Shown: one piece after another, positions 37,535-51,454 of the stretch
Numbering within the stretch: position 1 is the stretch's first letter
How the letters are laid out: the number at the start of each line of letters is the position of its first letter
Assembly (NCBI RefSeq): GCF_963921235.1
Contig: NC_086115.1
Span: 24,986,001 to 25,050,000, forward strand
Length of the DNA: 64,000 bases
Direction of reading: 5' to 3'
Origin: Mobula hypostoma
Taxonomy: Eukaryota
The notes under the pieces: model-generated
The model's database searches: none
Seen by the model: only the letters and a program-made list of their open reading frames with translations
Told to the model about the DNA's origin: nothing
Made by a program: the position numbers and the translations under genes

Positions 37535-38903
37535 TTTGACAAAGAGCCACACATGAGGCTACTTAACAAGTTAAGAGCCCATGGTATAACAGGAAGGATG
37601 CTAGCATGGATAGAGGATTGGCTGATTGGCAAGAGGCAAAGAGTGGGAATAAAGGGTTTCTGGTTGGCTGCTGGTGACCACTGGTGTTCCGCAGAGGTCG
37701 GTGTTTGGACCAGTTCTTTTCATGTTATATGTCAGTGATTTGGATGATGGTATTGATGGCTTTGGGGCCAAGTTTATCGATGATATGAACATAAGTAGAG
37801 GGGCAAGTAGTGTTGAGGAAGCAGGGAGTGTGCAGAAGGACTTAGATTGGGAGTACAAGCAATGAAGAGGCAGATGGAATATATATGTAGAGAAGTGTGT
37901 ATGGTCATGCACTTAGGTAGATGGAATAAAGGCATAGGCTATTTTCTAAATGGGGAGAAAATTCAAAAATCACAGGTGCAGAGGAATTTGGGAGTCCTCA
38001 TGCAGGATTCCCTAAAAGTTAACCTTCAAGATGAATCAGTGGTAAGGAGGGCAAATACAATGTTAGCATTCATCTCGAGAGGACTAGGGTATAAAAGCAA
38101 GGATGTAATAAGGCATTGGTCAGATCACACTTGGAGTATTGCAAGCATTTATTTATTTATTAAGACACAGTGCCCTGATCGTGGGAAAATTTACGACGAC
38201 CAATTAACCTACCACCCGATAGGTTTTTGGACTATGGGAGGAAACAGGAACACCTGGAGGAAACCCATGCAGTCGCAAGGAGAACACACTAACTCATTAC
38301 AGGCAGTGGCAGGAATTGAACCTGGGTTGCTGGCATGGTCAAGCGTTGTGCTAACCACTATGCTGCCGTGCCACCACTTAACTAAGAAAAGTAGCACTGG
38401 CATTGGAGAGGGTCCAGAGGAGGTTCATGAGAATGATTCCAGGAATGGAAGGTTTGATGTATGAGGAGCATTTGATGGGTCTGGGCCTGTACTCACTGGA
38501 GTTCTGAAGAATGAGGGGGAACCCCTTTGAAACCTATCGAATAGTGAAAGAGCTAGATAGATGTGGATGTGGAGAGATGTTTCCAGTAGTGCGGGAGTCT
38601 TGGACCAGAGGGGACAGCCTCCGAGTAGAGGGGTACCCATTTAGCACAGAGATGAGGAAGAACTGTAGGCAAAGAGGATAGTGAATCTGTGAAATTCATT
38701 GACACAGATGGTTGTGGAGGCCAAGGCACTGGGTATATTTAAAGCAGAGATTGATAGGTTCCTGATTAGTAAGAACATATAAGGTTATGGGGCAAAAGGC
38801 AGCAGAATGGGGTTGAAAGGAACAATAAATCAGCTATAATGGAATGGCATAACAGACTTGATGGGCCAAATGGCCTCACTCTGCTTCTAAGTCTTATGGT
38901 CTT
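37535..38903 (+). mobile_element. Decayed CR1 LINE interrupted by a SINE
   Basis: RLLNKLRAHGI, GVPQRSVFGP, KFIDD remnants; 3' hairpin and TCTTATGGTCTT tail. Confidence 0.8.
38150..38373 (-). mobile_element. V-SINE (HE1-like)
   Basis: Minus strand reads GGCACGGCAGCATAGTGGTTAGCAC (A box), GGTTCAATTCC (B box), then the V-domain. Confidence 0.8.
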
Positions 38904-38999
38904 GTGTTTCATTTTTGATAAATAAATCATCAAGTCCATTACCATTGTCCAATCCAGTTGGTATTTCTGAAGGATCCTGTTATTGCATCCTTTATTATA

Positions 39000-39464
39000 G
39001 ACTCAGTGGCTGCTTTAAGGTACAGCAGCGGAACTTGGTGCGGTCTTCTGCTGCTGCAGCCAATCCACTTCAAGGCTTGACACGATGCACATTCAGAGAT
39101 TCTCTTCCACACACCACTGTTGTAACGCATGGTTACTTGAGTTACTGTTGCCTTCTTGTCAGCTTGATCCATCTTGGGCATTCACCACTGATTTCTCTCA
39201 GTAACAAGGGATATCTGCCCACAGAGCCTCCACTCACTGGATGACTTTCACACCACACTCTCTAAACTCTGGAGACTGGTGTGTACTCCATGATCAAAGT
39301 CACTTAGATCACAGTTCTTTCCCATTCTGACGTTTGGTCTGAACAACAAGTTTATCTCTTGAAGCATCTCTCTCAATGCTTTTGTGCATTGAAGTGCTGC
39401 CACATGATTGTCTGATTAGATATTTGTGCTAATGTGGTGTACCTAATAAAGTGGCCACTGAGTG
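39000..39464. mobile_element. Non-autonomous Tc1-like DNA transposon
   Basis: TA-flanked TIRs GACTCAGTGGCTGCTTTAAGGTACA / TGTACCTAATAAAGTGGCCACTGAGTG. Confidence 0.7.
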
Positions 39465-42400
39465 TAGACACTAGCATTTTCCATATTATTGACATTCCAT
39501 GTTTTCTTCTCCACATCCTTTATAAATAGTACAATTATATCTGCCTCCCTCCAATTTCCAGGAACACTAACTTGAACTCTTTGATGCTTTAAAGAAATAA
39601 AATCATTTTGATTCATTTTTGACAAGGTGTCTAAGGATAATACCTGGTCTAAATTTGTTATGCAACAATATCCATTAATAAGGCACGTGGAACTACCATC
39701 TTGAATAAACAACCATCACATTAGAATATAGTTTCTCCACACTCCTTAAAAGCCCACCATTAACCTTGTACTCTCTCTTTAAAATCAACCTTACGAAGTG
39801 ATCACGTCACACTTTACCAGACTGAACTTTTTCTGCTACTTTTCAGCCCAGCTCTGCATCCCGTCAATGTACTGTTGTAACCTCTGACAACCTTCTACAC
39901 TACCCACAACTCAATCAACCTCATGTCATCTGCAAACCTACCTTTCTACTTCCTCAACCCCCCCTCCCCCAGCACAAGCCCTCTTCTCAGGAAGGAGGTA
40001 CAGAAGCCTGAAGGCACACACTCGGCAATTCAGGAACAGCTTCGTCCCCTCTGCCATCTGATTTCTAAATGGACATTGAACCCATGTGCCTCACTACTTT
40101 TTTTAAAATCTGTTTTTGTGCTACTTATTTTAATTTGACTATTTAATATACATATATACTTATTGCAAGTATTTTTTTCTATATTTATCATGTATTGCAT
40201 TGTACTGCTGCTGCAAAGTTAGCAAATTTCACATCTATATTTATATATTTATTCATTTATCTATTAAAAATATTACAAAGAGCAGGGTTCCCAGAACAAC
40301 ACCTTTTGTGTCCTCTTCCTTCAAACTTAGTGGCAGCAGTATGAACCACTGGAATGCTTATGCAATCACTATCAAATGTAATGGGGTACTAATGTAAATA
40401 TTACTTGTCGTAGAAAAGACAGGGTGCCACAAATCCATGGAAATTATGGAGTGGCATAGTAACAATAAGTCACTTATTACTGTGATTTCCTACAATTTGT
40501 ATGCTGCACTTCTATGGCACAACTTAAAAAAAAACAAAAGGCAATGTTTCCATAGTTTGGAATGTAATCCACACATTTCTCGTGGAGGCTGTGTCCTTTG
40601 GTTCTACTGTACTGGTTGTTTTGCAATAGCTTGTCATAAATAGGATAAACTAATCTATTTGAAATCCCAGAACCAGCAGGTGTATCACCTCTTAACGTTA
40701 ACTTTTCCATTGGCAATATGCCCAACTTTCAGTGCCATCATCTATTCCTTCCAATACCTGCTTGTTCTAGTTGCTCCATTTTGAATCCTTTCCCTTCTTA
40801 GTACAGTGTCATTGGAAGCAAATCCAGTTATCCCAAATACAACAGTGTTTTACAGTCCCTGCCCTCTGTACTCCTAGTTCCTATATTATTTCCCAGTAGT
40901 GCTTTTTTCCATTACATTTCGTTTTCCTGGCATTTTTTATATCCCAGATCATAATTAATAGAAGTTCTTAATTTTCATAAGTGTCATTTTCAGAGCAAAT
41001 GGTTGTACTTTTTCAATTGAATGGTAAAATTCTTTGAAGCGTTTGCTCATTGCCACATGTTTTACAATCTGTTTAAACCAATACTCAACAAGAGTCACCA
41101 CCGTGGTTATGCTTACATTACTAGTACCCAACCATGGCTTGCATAAATTCCTGTTCCTTCATGCTTACTAGGGAACACTGAGAATGAACTATTTAACACT
41201 AAATTGGTAATGCTTTTTCTATTTAGTGCTTAGCAAAATAGGCATTCAGCAGGTATAGCTGTGCTTAAATGGGTAGATTAACTCGTTAGTAGACCAACAT
41301 GCATATGCATTTTGAAGCAGAGTCAACAAAACTGACTGGACAGTAATCAAACACTGGAAATTTAGAAATGCTTAAAACTTGAGAGTGAAATATACTAACT
41401 TTTTATGGGGCTTCAAGGGTTCGCGAGCGATGGCTTAGGTGTCCAAAACAAAGGGCAACATCTGTAAAATAAGGGGGTTGGCTAGCATGGATCAAGGCGA
41501 GAAAGAATTTTATCATCCAGAGGATGGTGAAGTTTTGATATTCTCTACTGAAGACAGCAGTCACTGAGTATATGCAAGGTAAGGAGTGACAGATTTTTGT
41601 GCTTTAGGGAAATCATGAGATATAGAGCTAATACAGGAACATGGTGATTAGTCATGACCTATTCCTGCTTCAATTGCTCATGTTCTTAATTTCAGCAGGT
41701 CAGGGATATTCTGAAGAGAAACTAACTTTTAGGTCAATAACCTTACTTCAGTAATGGAATAAAAATTTAACAAAAACAAATTAAGATTTCTTGTATTCAG
41801 GATATGAATAATATGGAGGTAGTTGGGGCTGGTAGAGATATTACATGACAAAGAGGATGAAGGATGCTAATGGAGTATCCAATGAAATTGAAAGTTCCTA
41901 CATGAAGGTCCATGCTGTATTACTCTGATTCTATGACGAGTAACATAGTAATATTTTTGAGAAAGAGAAATCAGGACAATATCATATTAAATACCATTTT
42001 TTGTTTTTATTTCAGATTCCCAGCATTAACAAAATCTATCTTTCATTTCAGAGGCTACTTAGTCTACATTCTACTCAGCTTCTTCATTCCCCCTAACTTT
42101 CAATATTTTTTTTAAATAAGTCTTCTTCCAAAGTGCTTTATGACAGAATTAACATTCCAGAGTTTCTGTGTGTAAAGAGTTGATTCAGCCTCTTTTGATA
42201 TTCCCAATGTCACATCTCATTTCAAAGATTGTGGTTTTCAATTCCAGAAGTCATTGGATTATCAGAATCATCCTACCTTCCCATTGCTTTTATAGCAGAG
42301 ATCAGGGAGAAGATGTAGCATGAAAACCTGCTTTGAGCTCCTGTTGCTTTTTCCAATACCATTAAAGAGCATGAAAAGTCTGCTCCAGTGGACTAATCTC

Positions 42401-45400
42401 ATCTGCCCATCAGTGAGACCCAATAGCCAGGCGGGGGGTTCTGCAATACTTTGTGGGCGGTAAAGGGCATGACAAGACACAGAAGTAGTCATGGTCATCC
42501 ACTGCAGCCAAAGATCATCCCAGTTGTGATGACTACTCAGACCAGTGGACCCAGAATTGAGGTTGAGAGAGTGGAACTGTCCCAGTGCAACAACTTTTCC
42601 CAGTTTTAAAAACTGTCCTGCACAGTTTGCAAAATGACATAGTTGGATATGATGGACAACCAATTAAATAATTCAGTAACGAGGAAGCCAAACTACAGCC
42701 CATTTGGTTCAAACTTATTTTTAGGATGTTATTTCAAACAAAATTAAAAATGTTACCACATTCAGGGATCTCTGATAGTAACTCAGTGTATTCACAAGCA
42801 CCCATCTGCATCTTTGTCTACACAAAAATTTGGGGAAAAAAAGTTCACTGAAGATCTGATCTGGCATCTCCAATGCTTTCACTAAGGAAGCACATGAAAG
42901 GTTAATTTCTCCTGCAAAGATTTCTTTGAGAAGCAAACTGAGACACAGATCTTCATTTTTATACTAAATTATTTGTACATTTATTGAACAATATCATTCT
43001 GAGTCAGTGGCTACAGAATTTAGTCTCTTTTGATGTAAACACATTAAATCAAGTCTGATACTTTAGCATAGTATCACAGGAGTTACATTTTGAATGTGAC
43101 TTTGACACCAACATTCAGAAGTTCATAGACACCCAGGAATTACATAAATCAAGAAAGACTTTTTATCCCGAAATAATATTGCTAGTATAAATTATCAGCA
43201 CTATCTCAATATTTGTGAATCAGTATATTAAATCTGAAGTCATTCATCAAAAATTATTTTGGTTAAAATAGACCCATACATTCAGGACACCTTCCTGAAG
43301 TCATGAAAACTGCCATGCAGGGGCCCCCCAAAGAACAGAAGACCTAACTTATAAAAAATTAACTTCATGCAATTCTCCCACACACTTCTAGTGCATTTTT
43401 TCAAGGCAGAAGAGTTAGTTAAAAATATGAAAACATTTTCAGGGAGGTATGGAATAGGGATAGCAGTTAGTTCAAAAATAAACTGTGTACATGTAACAAC
43501 CTTGCAGTAATCAGATACGTACATTGTCCTTACCATTCCCACTGCTGGTTCACAGCAGGCCAATTAAAAGACCTGCTTTGGAAACTAACAAGGCAAACCT
43601 CTTCTATCAACACTTGTAAAATACCTTATCAAACAATGTAACCCTAAGGCCATCAAAACTGGCCATAGAATGTGGGGCATTCTGATTTTATACTGCTGTA
43701 ACTACACAGGAGCAGTAAATAAATAAACATAAGTCAACCTTCATTGAAATAGCATTTGAATTAATGAAAAGAATGGTTTATGGACAGTTCTTGGGAACTC
43801 GTCAATAACCTGGAAACCGTCTGTAAACATGATATAAATGCACATCATTTATATTTTTGTCTAGCATATGTCTTGTGTTTTTCTCAATTCAAAGTTACTC
43901 CATAAACAGGAATACATCCTAGGTAAATTTATTAATTTCATACATATATTTCTAAAGCTGATCTGTTGCGAAAAGTATTTTCAAGATTTATTTTTACTTT
44001 TTCCATACTGTAGGTGTGAAAATCAATGCAAAACTTAGAATTTTAAGACAACTTTGAAACAAATGTGCAACAGCTGGCTCTCAATAAATCAAAATGGATT
44101 CATACGTTAAACTTACTTTAAAAATCCATTAACTCTATCATGTTATTCTTCTTTTGCACTATTTTGTAACTTATGGTAATTTTTATATCTTGCATCATAC
44201 TGTTGCCATAAAACAAATTTCAGAACATATGCCAGTGATAATAAACTTCAGTCTCCTGATGTGGGAAATAATTTGCTCTAAAATTTAATTCCCCAACATT
44301 GAAATCCTTCTAAGAGAAAATTCTCAACAAGTACACTACTTTTCATCAGATCCATGTGAACCAGTTATCAAGTTATTACAGTTCAATGTTAATTGGTTCA
44401 AGAAATTTGAGTGACCTGTTTGATGAGGCAAAGTCGCCGAATCATCCCTTAGTAATTAAGCTTTACCCATAAATCAAGTTTAAAAAAAAGACATAGAATT
44501 CAAATCAATGCTTAAATTAAATCTGCATTTTTTAAAATATCTTAGTGAGTCCCCAAGACCTTTATTAGAGAACACTATCTTCTCTTCTTTCCACCCTCCA
44601 CTATAAAAGCCTTTTGCCATCAAGGAAATTCTTTATTTAGCAGAAACATTTGCACTTTTTCCAGTTTTGGCTTTATGCTGATGTACATCATTGGTCTGAT
44701 TAGCTCAATTAGTAATGCTCAAGAGAAGGTCATTATATATAAATAGCTGGCTATATTAGGCACATGTAAATAAACAGCAATGTTGGAGGGAGAATGCTGG
44801 TTACTTTAATACAACCATCTTGAAAACAGCATGGCAGAAAACATTAAAATTGCACTAATTTGTATTGGCATTAAATAACAGAAGCATCCAGTGCAAATCC
44901 AAACATACTTTTCAGTACAGAGATCCTGCCTCCTCATCCCACTAGAGGTGGTTGCAGTAAAATTATATTTGCCAGAGTCACTGAGAAAGTCTAAAGCGCC
45001 TATAGTAATGGGGGCTGGCTGTTTCTTAAAATTATCTTATTTTGTTTGAAATGTGCCAAGTTAAGATTCTAGTTTATGACATGGCCTAATGAAACTAAAT
45101 TAAGTCTCGGTCAAAACAAATGCAGATGTCAGAAATCTAAAATACGTCTACAATCAGAAAACACAAATGCAAAAGCTGACTTGAAAATTTAGTTCTGTTT
45201 CTTCTGCAGATGCAGTCTGATGTGCTGAGCATTTCATGCATCTTGTGTACTTATTTTAAGCCAGTCTGTGTATATGACCAAAGTACCTCTTCAATCCCTT
45301 ACCTGCCAATAAATTTCACATAACATTTCCCAATAGCATAATGCTTTTTCAAAAAGTCTATCCTTATATAAAAGAGCAATGATCACTACCAGTTTACACC

Positions 45401-45959
45401 ATACACAGTATACTGTCACTTGCTGAAGCTTTCAGCAGACTATATATTTTCAAACTCATTTTGTCACTGTTCTTTGCCAAATAGTTTCTTCATGACAATT
45501 GCAAACAGAGTAGATATAAAAATATGCTGTTGGAAAATACGACTGCAGAGGAGGACTCAAGAGTTCAGGCTTCATGGCACTCCCAACATGGAATACAGGG
45601 GCTCCCTGGTTTAAAGATTACCTAACTTACAGAAATTCTGAGTTTACACAAATTCTCCCATATATTTTAAAGCATCTTTCAAGATAGTACTAAAATAATG
45701 ACAGTATTGTCTGGTAATCATAAACAACTGAATACAGTATATATTACATAGGTTTAATACTAGGTGGTGTTAGGGTGAACGTTTGCTAAAATGAAAACAT
45801 TTCAAGTGTACGTAGAGCTATAGGATAATGGGTTGCTATAGAAAATGGACGCTTTTGAATTAGTGAGAAAAAAAAGAAAATCGACTTATGGACAGTGCTC
45901 CGAAAAACCTTACCAGGAACTCCTTAATGAAAAACAGGAATAAAATACAAAGCTTAATA

Positions 45960-46070
45960 CGAAAAAGTCTGTAAATACTGAAAATGCTGGAGGATCTCAG
46001 CAGGTCAGGCAGCACCTATGGAAATTAATAGATAGTTGACTTTTTGCACCAAGTCCCCTCTTCAGGACTT
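45960..46070 (-). mobile_element. Decayed Penelope-derived hammerhead element
   Basis: AATGCTGGAGGATCTCAGCAGGTCAGGCAGCA...AGTTGAC...TCTTCAGGACT. Confidence 0.55.
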
Positions 46071-46683
46071 AAGCCTGCACAATAAAAAAAATCAATGGCA
46101 AGGTCTAATCATTTATTGGTAATTTAGATATTTTTACTCAAGTAAACTATAATCCAAAGCTTGAACTTGATCATCACTTTAAGAGGCAGCAGACCAACCC
46201 ATACTGTACATCCATGCTTTCTCTTGTGAAATTGGATGGGGTCCTGCAAGCCCTTGCATGCATTTTACTATTCATTCACCCAGCTCTGCTTCAGGTTTAT
46301 GAACACAGCTCAAAATTCAAAGTAAATTTTTTTCCAAGTATGTGTATTTTATACAACCTTGAGATTTATTTTCTTGCAGGCAGCCACAGGAAAACAAACC
46401 AATGTGCAAAAGAGGGCAAATCATACAAATATTTTTTTAAAAAGTAAATAAGTAATACTGAGGATACAAGCTGCAGTCTCTGCAAGTGGTTTTTGGTCCA
46501 AGTCTCTAGTCTGTGTGCACCGAAACTCAGACTACCATCCAGTAATACACAGTATTGCTCAATGAGATACATTATTTGAGAACTTACAAGTATTATTATA
46601 TTTTGATGACACTGCTTTGCATGCTAAAAGTTCAAGAACTTACACCAAGGAATACAGTATCAGTAAAATCATACTTGGTATGT

Positions 46684-46689
46684 TTTATT
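46684..46689 (-). terminator. Candidate proximal ADO polyadenylation signal
   Basis: First AATAAA seen on the minus strand after the ADO stop, with T/GT-rich downstream sequence. Confidence 0.45.
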
Positions 46690-48616
46690 GCTTTTAATAT
46701 TTTCCAATATGCTATATAATCTCTCTCATATGTTTTTGAAATGGTACAACCACAGGAAAGTCCACATGGTATTAAGCATTTTTTACTCTTACCACTGGCC
46801 AATCCAATCAGTCTTCCAAATGGATCAGAAATTAAATTTCACACATTTATGCAACACCTGAATGAAATTAACAGCAAATCATTTTTCCACACCTCCATTG
46901 TCAGATGAAAACAAAAAAGATTGCTGCAGTCCTGCCAAGATTGGCTTAAGAGTTACAATACCATCACATGCAAACCAACATGGCAATCTAGTGCACAATG
47001 TTCTGAATTTTTCTTTAAAACAGGCATTTCATGAATTGAATGTCAACAGATTCTACAGCTTCAAGTCTGCAATAAAAACGTCCCCACCCTTCCTGAAAGG
47101 GTACTATGATTAAAAAAAATCCTAATGTAATATATTAAAAATACTTTTTTTCCTGGAAAAGTCATAAAATGTTAAAGACACACTTGACTGGAGCACTTAA
47201 GATGAGGAAATTTTATATTTCATGCACAAAGAACAGGTAAGAATTTCAGGATGGAAATATTATTTGATTAGTTACTATTTTTGAAGCTTTGCTTGGATAA
47301 TATGGCCATTCTGAACCAGGTACTGTCAACTGTTTCTTACAGCATCTTCAGCCATATTTTCTCCTCATAAAGCTATTGTTAGCTTTTAAAATGCATATCA
47401 GGGACGGGCACTGCAAACTGAATGTGGTCTACAACAAACTACAGCACCAGTTTACAAGTAAAGATTGTGTCTTACGATTACTTGTAATACAGGATTTTAC
47501 AGGCTCAATTTCAAGGCTCCATAACAAATCTGTTGTTAAGCTTCTGATTAATGGACGATTATCAATTTAATAATACTAACCAATAAATGCTATACATTAA
47601 ATGGAAGCAGTTCCTTACCATATGATTTGAAAGATAAATTATTTACTGAACATACAGGATTACAACAACCCTACTGGTTTAGAAGCCCAGATTCTGCCTA
47701 AGTACCTAAGTACTTTGAAGTTTAAAATTGATCAGTTGTCAGTGTTTTAGAAGTGTGCACAAACGCTCCGTTAGTGTAACTGGGGTAGCATTAAATACAA
47801 TAAGTAATCTTTAATCTAAACACAGGGACTCATTCTGATAACCACTAGGCCATTAAACTATCAGTTAGCCCTCTTCCTTAAAAGGAAACTTGCATATTAG
47901 GATTCAACTCCATTTAATGAAAATAATGTGTTTCTGCTTGGAGTGTTTGGATGCAACTCCTTTAAACAACAATGACAAAAATCTTCAAGTGTATCTTCTG
48001 ATGGCTGTCAAATGTTCAGATTGCTGACTACTTGAAAAGACATCTAAATGATTCTCTATGGGAAAATAAAATTTGGTTAGATGTACAGAAAAATACCCCA
48101 CTGTTATTAGTAAATGCTACCAGTAGTGTTTTTGTTCTTACTGGGAAAAGAATGTTTGTTCTCAAACTATATACTTAGGGCAAAAATAAACAAAAACACC
48201 TCACATACATTTGAATAAATTAATAATGAATAGAGGAAAGGAAATGGAAGTTCAATGGAGCTAGTATTTCAGTTAACTAATATTTGATTAAGTGAATACT
48301 TAGCGACGAAATTCCAGTAAATACATGCAATGAATGGGCTATATGCCACCAAGTGCTAGAATAGACTGAAAACCGAGCCGAAATAGATCTAAGCCAATAT
48401 AAAGTGTGTAACCTATTACACACGTATGCCCGCATTACCAAGAAACCCCAGGCTTTAAAGTTTCTTTAGTCTTCAGTGGAAGCTTGGGATGTCTAATAAA
48501 GATACTAAAATGACCTGCGAAAAGCACATTAAAGAATTCATCGCTGTACAAAGGAGGGAAAGGAGCTGGAGACACCATGAAAGTACGTTACTATTCTCTC
48601 CCTGTCAAGTGTTCCA

Positions 48617-49381
48617 TTATGGAGAGACCTTGGGACCAGGGTAAGGCTCCCCACCGCACCAGAAGTCGGCAGGTTGCGGCACCTCCAGGAGCCACACCGG
48701 CTGCGGTGGCGGTGTCTGCTGCTGCGGTGGGGGGCTAGAATTCCCCGCGTTCTCCGACACCTGCAACACCTCGAAATAGTGACAGTCCCTCCCCTCGTCC
48801 GGGTCGTACGGAGGCGCCAGAATGTCCAGGAAAGCGGCGGGCCCGTCCCTCGCCTCGATCTGGTGCATGTTGCCCTGCAGCGGGGTGAGCAGGCACGGGT
48901 CGCTCGCCTCGCTCAGCACGGCGCTCGACCTCCGCAGCGACCTCCGTAGCGCCGCCCGCTGGCACTGCAACAGCGGCGGGTTGAACTGCACGCTGTCCGC
49001 GCCCGCCGCCTCCCTCTCCTCCTCCTCCTTATCGAAGCACTTGACGGTCACCTGGCCGAACAGCACCTTCAGCAAGCCGTGCATACCCGGGTGGTCGTGC
49101 AACGGGATGCAGGCGCCGCTCTGCAGCAGGAACACCCCCATGGAGAAGCAGTCGGTCTCGCAAATGTGCATGTAGGTGACCGGAGGTCCCTGGTGAGGCT
49201 GCCCGCCGTTCCTCCGAGCGCCCAGGTTGAGGTCCTCGGCCCGGATCTTCTCCAGCAGCTTACGCAGCTGGGCGAGGTTGTCCTGGAAGGTGGTGGCGTC
49301 GCCCGACGGCAGCACCTTGAAGGTGGAGCGGGCTTGACGGGCGATCTTCTGGATCAGGGAGGCCATGTCGGCCCGCGGCAT
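48617..49381 (-). CDS. ADO: 2-aminoethanethiol (cysteamine) dioxygenase, single exon, 254 aa
   Basis: MPRADMASLIQKIARQA start; cupin metal ligands PLHDHPGM and NMHQI; FLDILAPPYD; RDCHY; C-terminal FWCGGEPYPGPKV; convergent with EGR2. Confidence 0.97.
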   Translation of the reverse strand: MPRADMASLIQKIARQARSTFKVLPSGDATTFQDNLAQLRKLLEKIRAEDLNLGARRNGGQPHQGPPVTYMHICETDCFSMGVFLLQSGACIPLHDHPGMHGLLKVLFGQVTVKCFDKEEEEREAAGADSVQFNPPLLQCQRAALRRSLRRSSAVLSEASDPCLLTPLQGNMHQIEARDGPAAFLDILAPPYDPDEGRDCHYFEVLQVSENAGNSSPPPQQQTPPPQPVWLLEVPQPADFWCGGEPYPGPKVSP

Positions 49382-49820
49382 CGTCCGGAGCCCTCGCAGC
49401 CCCTTCTCCTCCCGAAGGACCGAACCGACCCTCCTCTCGCTGCTGCCGAGGCCAGGGCCTCCCCCGACCACCTCAATCGAGATCCTTCTGGCCGCCGCCG
49501 CCGCGCGTCCAGACGCCTCGGACGGGCGCGCTCTCCCCGCCGATGGCCACCGCGTGCCCCCTCACTGCACGAACGCACGTAGGCTGTTCCGCCCCCCTCG
49601 TGCGTCACAGGCACTCGCGCGCCCTCCCTGCCCCAACTCGTCTCTGCTATTGGCCGGGGACGTGCGGAGCTGGAATCGTCAGCTCGGTTGATTTTCTCGA
49701 CACAGCGCCTATCGGAGCTGTCCGCATGCGGAACTACAACTCCCATCACCCCCCGTGCAGGCACATCCTTCGGTCACGGCGGCAGTAGCGTTGAATCTGT
49801 ACCGTTATCGCCCCGCCACA
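49382..49820 (-). promoter_or_regulatory. ADO CpG-island 5' UTR and promoter
   Basis: High CpG; GC boxes; CCAAT (ATTGG near 49649); NRF1-like palindrome CCGCATGCGG 49722-49731; ACTACAACTCCCA (ZNF143/THAP11-type) 49733-49745. Confidence 0.75.
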
Positions 49821-50764
49821 GGGTTTATTTATTGACTGAAGGTTTCAGGTGCCGCCTACATTCGAAATTTTAGTGCCAGAAGGAAGTTGCATTTACCTCG
49901 CATTTTTTCATTGGGAGTGATTTGGGCGGGCTTACACTTGGACTAGGTGCGGGTTTTGAGAAGTTCTTTGCACGCTCCTGTAACAGGTAGAGTAGGACAT
50001 ACCTGAGGGGCAAGCGGCTGTTAGCATTTGGGTGGTACTGGCCTCTTTTTGTCACTTCTGCTTGGCTTTCGAAAAAGCATTTCCTTCAGAGAGGCTCGAA
50101 GTGCTCTGTCTCTCATATCAGAATCAGATTTATCATCACTGACATCCGCCCTGAAATCTGTTGTTTTGAAGCAACGCTACAGTGCAATGTATAAAGTAAG
50201 AATTATACATAAATTAAACAAGTAGTGCAAAGGGGGAACAAATATAGTTGGGTAGTGTTCATGGACCGTTTCGAAATCTGACGGCGAAAGTGAAGCTAGA
50301 TTGCGAGAATCAATCAAAATACTGCCTTTTTTTAAAAGTTGCTTTGAGAAGGTTGTTCAGTTCTTTTTTTTCAATGGAAGTCTCTTACCGTGATAGAACC
50401 TAGTGTACTGTATCTATGTTGGAAGTCTGGCGTGAACATGATATGGCCAAATAGTCCTGGCCAGGAATGTCGAGAGCCTCGATGCTGGGCACTTCAATTT
50501 GGAAGGGGAAGCTGATGTTGAATCGCTTGTTCTCCCAATGGACGTGCAGGTATTTAGAGAGGGAATAATGGCGGTCTCTCTCCAGTTGGTAGTCCCTGTC
50601 GAAAAAAGTTTGCAGGGAGGCAAATTTCTTTCCTGTTAGGTAGAGCGCATGCTTGACGCCTGGTTTGTGGTCTTAATCTAAAAAGCGTTCTCCTCAGCTA
50701 GTCAAATCCTCTGTTGGTGCACTAGGGTTGGTGGTGAGTTTTGTGGGAAATAATCAGTGTTCGT

Positions 50765-50863
50765 AAACACAAAATACTCTGCAGATGCTGGGGTCAAAGC
50801 AACACTCACAACACGCTGGAGGAACTCAGCAGGTCGGGCAGCATCCGTGGAAACGTTTCGGGC
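50765..50863 (-). mobile_element. Short Penelope-derived element with internal deletion through the hammerhead
   Basis: Nearly identical to 51325-51432, but GAAACGATCAGTCAA(C/T)GTTTCGG is collapsed to GAAACGTTTCGG. Confidence 0.8.
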
Positions 50864-51414
50864 ATCGTTGTAGAGCTTTACTTTTGAGGGAACAATGTTG
50901 TGCAGTGGGGCAGGTTTGTAGAGGACAATCATATGATAAATGTAAGGTCTAAGCTGTCATTAACTTCCATAATAAATTGTTTAATGGCTTTAGTGATTCA
51001 ATGGAAAATCCAGGTTATTTGAAGATATCAAATGTCTTTAGAGATTTGGTAAAGATAAACAGTTTTAAGCTGGCAAAATGGTTTGACTTTCTTGAACACA
51101 ACAGTTATTCCCAGATACTTAGATTATATGATGGTTGCCGTCCACCTTTTCATGCATGCCTAAGTGCTGTTTAGAACGTAAGAACGTTTTCGACAAGGAC
51201 TGGCTATTTGGCCCAACAAAGCTGGCCAAATTCCTATTCACACTGTGTGTTGAAATAACTATCAAGTTTAGATTTGAAAATCTCTAAGATACTACTCTCA
51301 ACTACACAACTAGGTAGTTTGTTCACACAAAATACTCTGCAGATGCTGGGGTCAAAGCAACACTCACAACACACTGGAGGAACTCAGCAGGCCGGGCAGC
51401 ATCCGTGGAAACGA

Positions 51415-51454
51415 TCAGTCAATGTTTCGGGCCGGAACCCTTTGTCAGGACTGA
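51415..51454 (-). ncRNA. Hammerhead motif with core mutation (CTGACAA), probably inactive
   Basis: TCAGTC-CTGACAA-A-GGGT(TCCG)GCCC-GAAA-CA-TT-GACTGA on the minus strand. Confidence 0.6.

Noticed and set aside
38300-38373. tRNA gene
   Set aside because: A and B boxes belong to a SINE head fused to a V-domain; no intact cloverleaf.
42264-42630. Possible exon or 131-aa ORF
   Set aside because: No recognisable protein or splice context; looks like an interspersed repeat that I could not classify with confidence.
49382-49471. 30-aa N-terminal extension of ADO from a GTG
   Set aside because: Homology begins at the ATG at 49381 (MPR..MASLIQ); an open frame is expected in a GC-rich 5' UTR.
48674-49788. 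Several overlapping ORFs around ADO
   Set aside because: Stop-poor CpG-island and antisense frames with no protein features.
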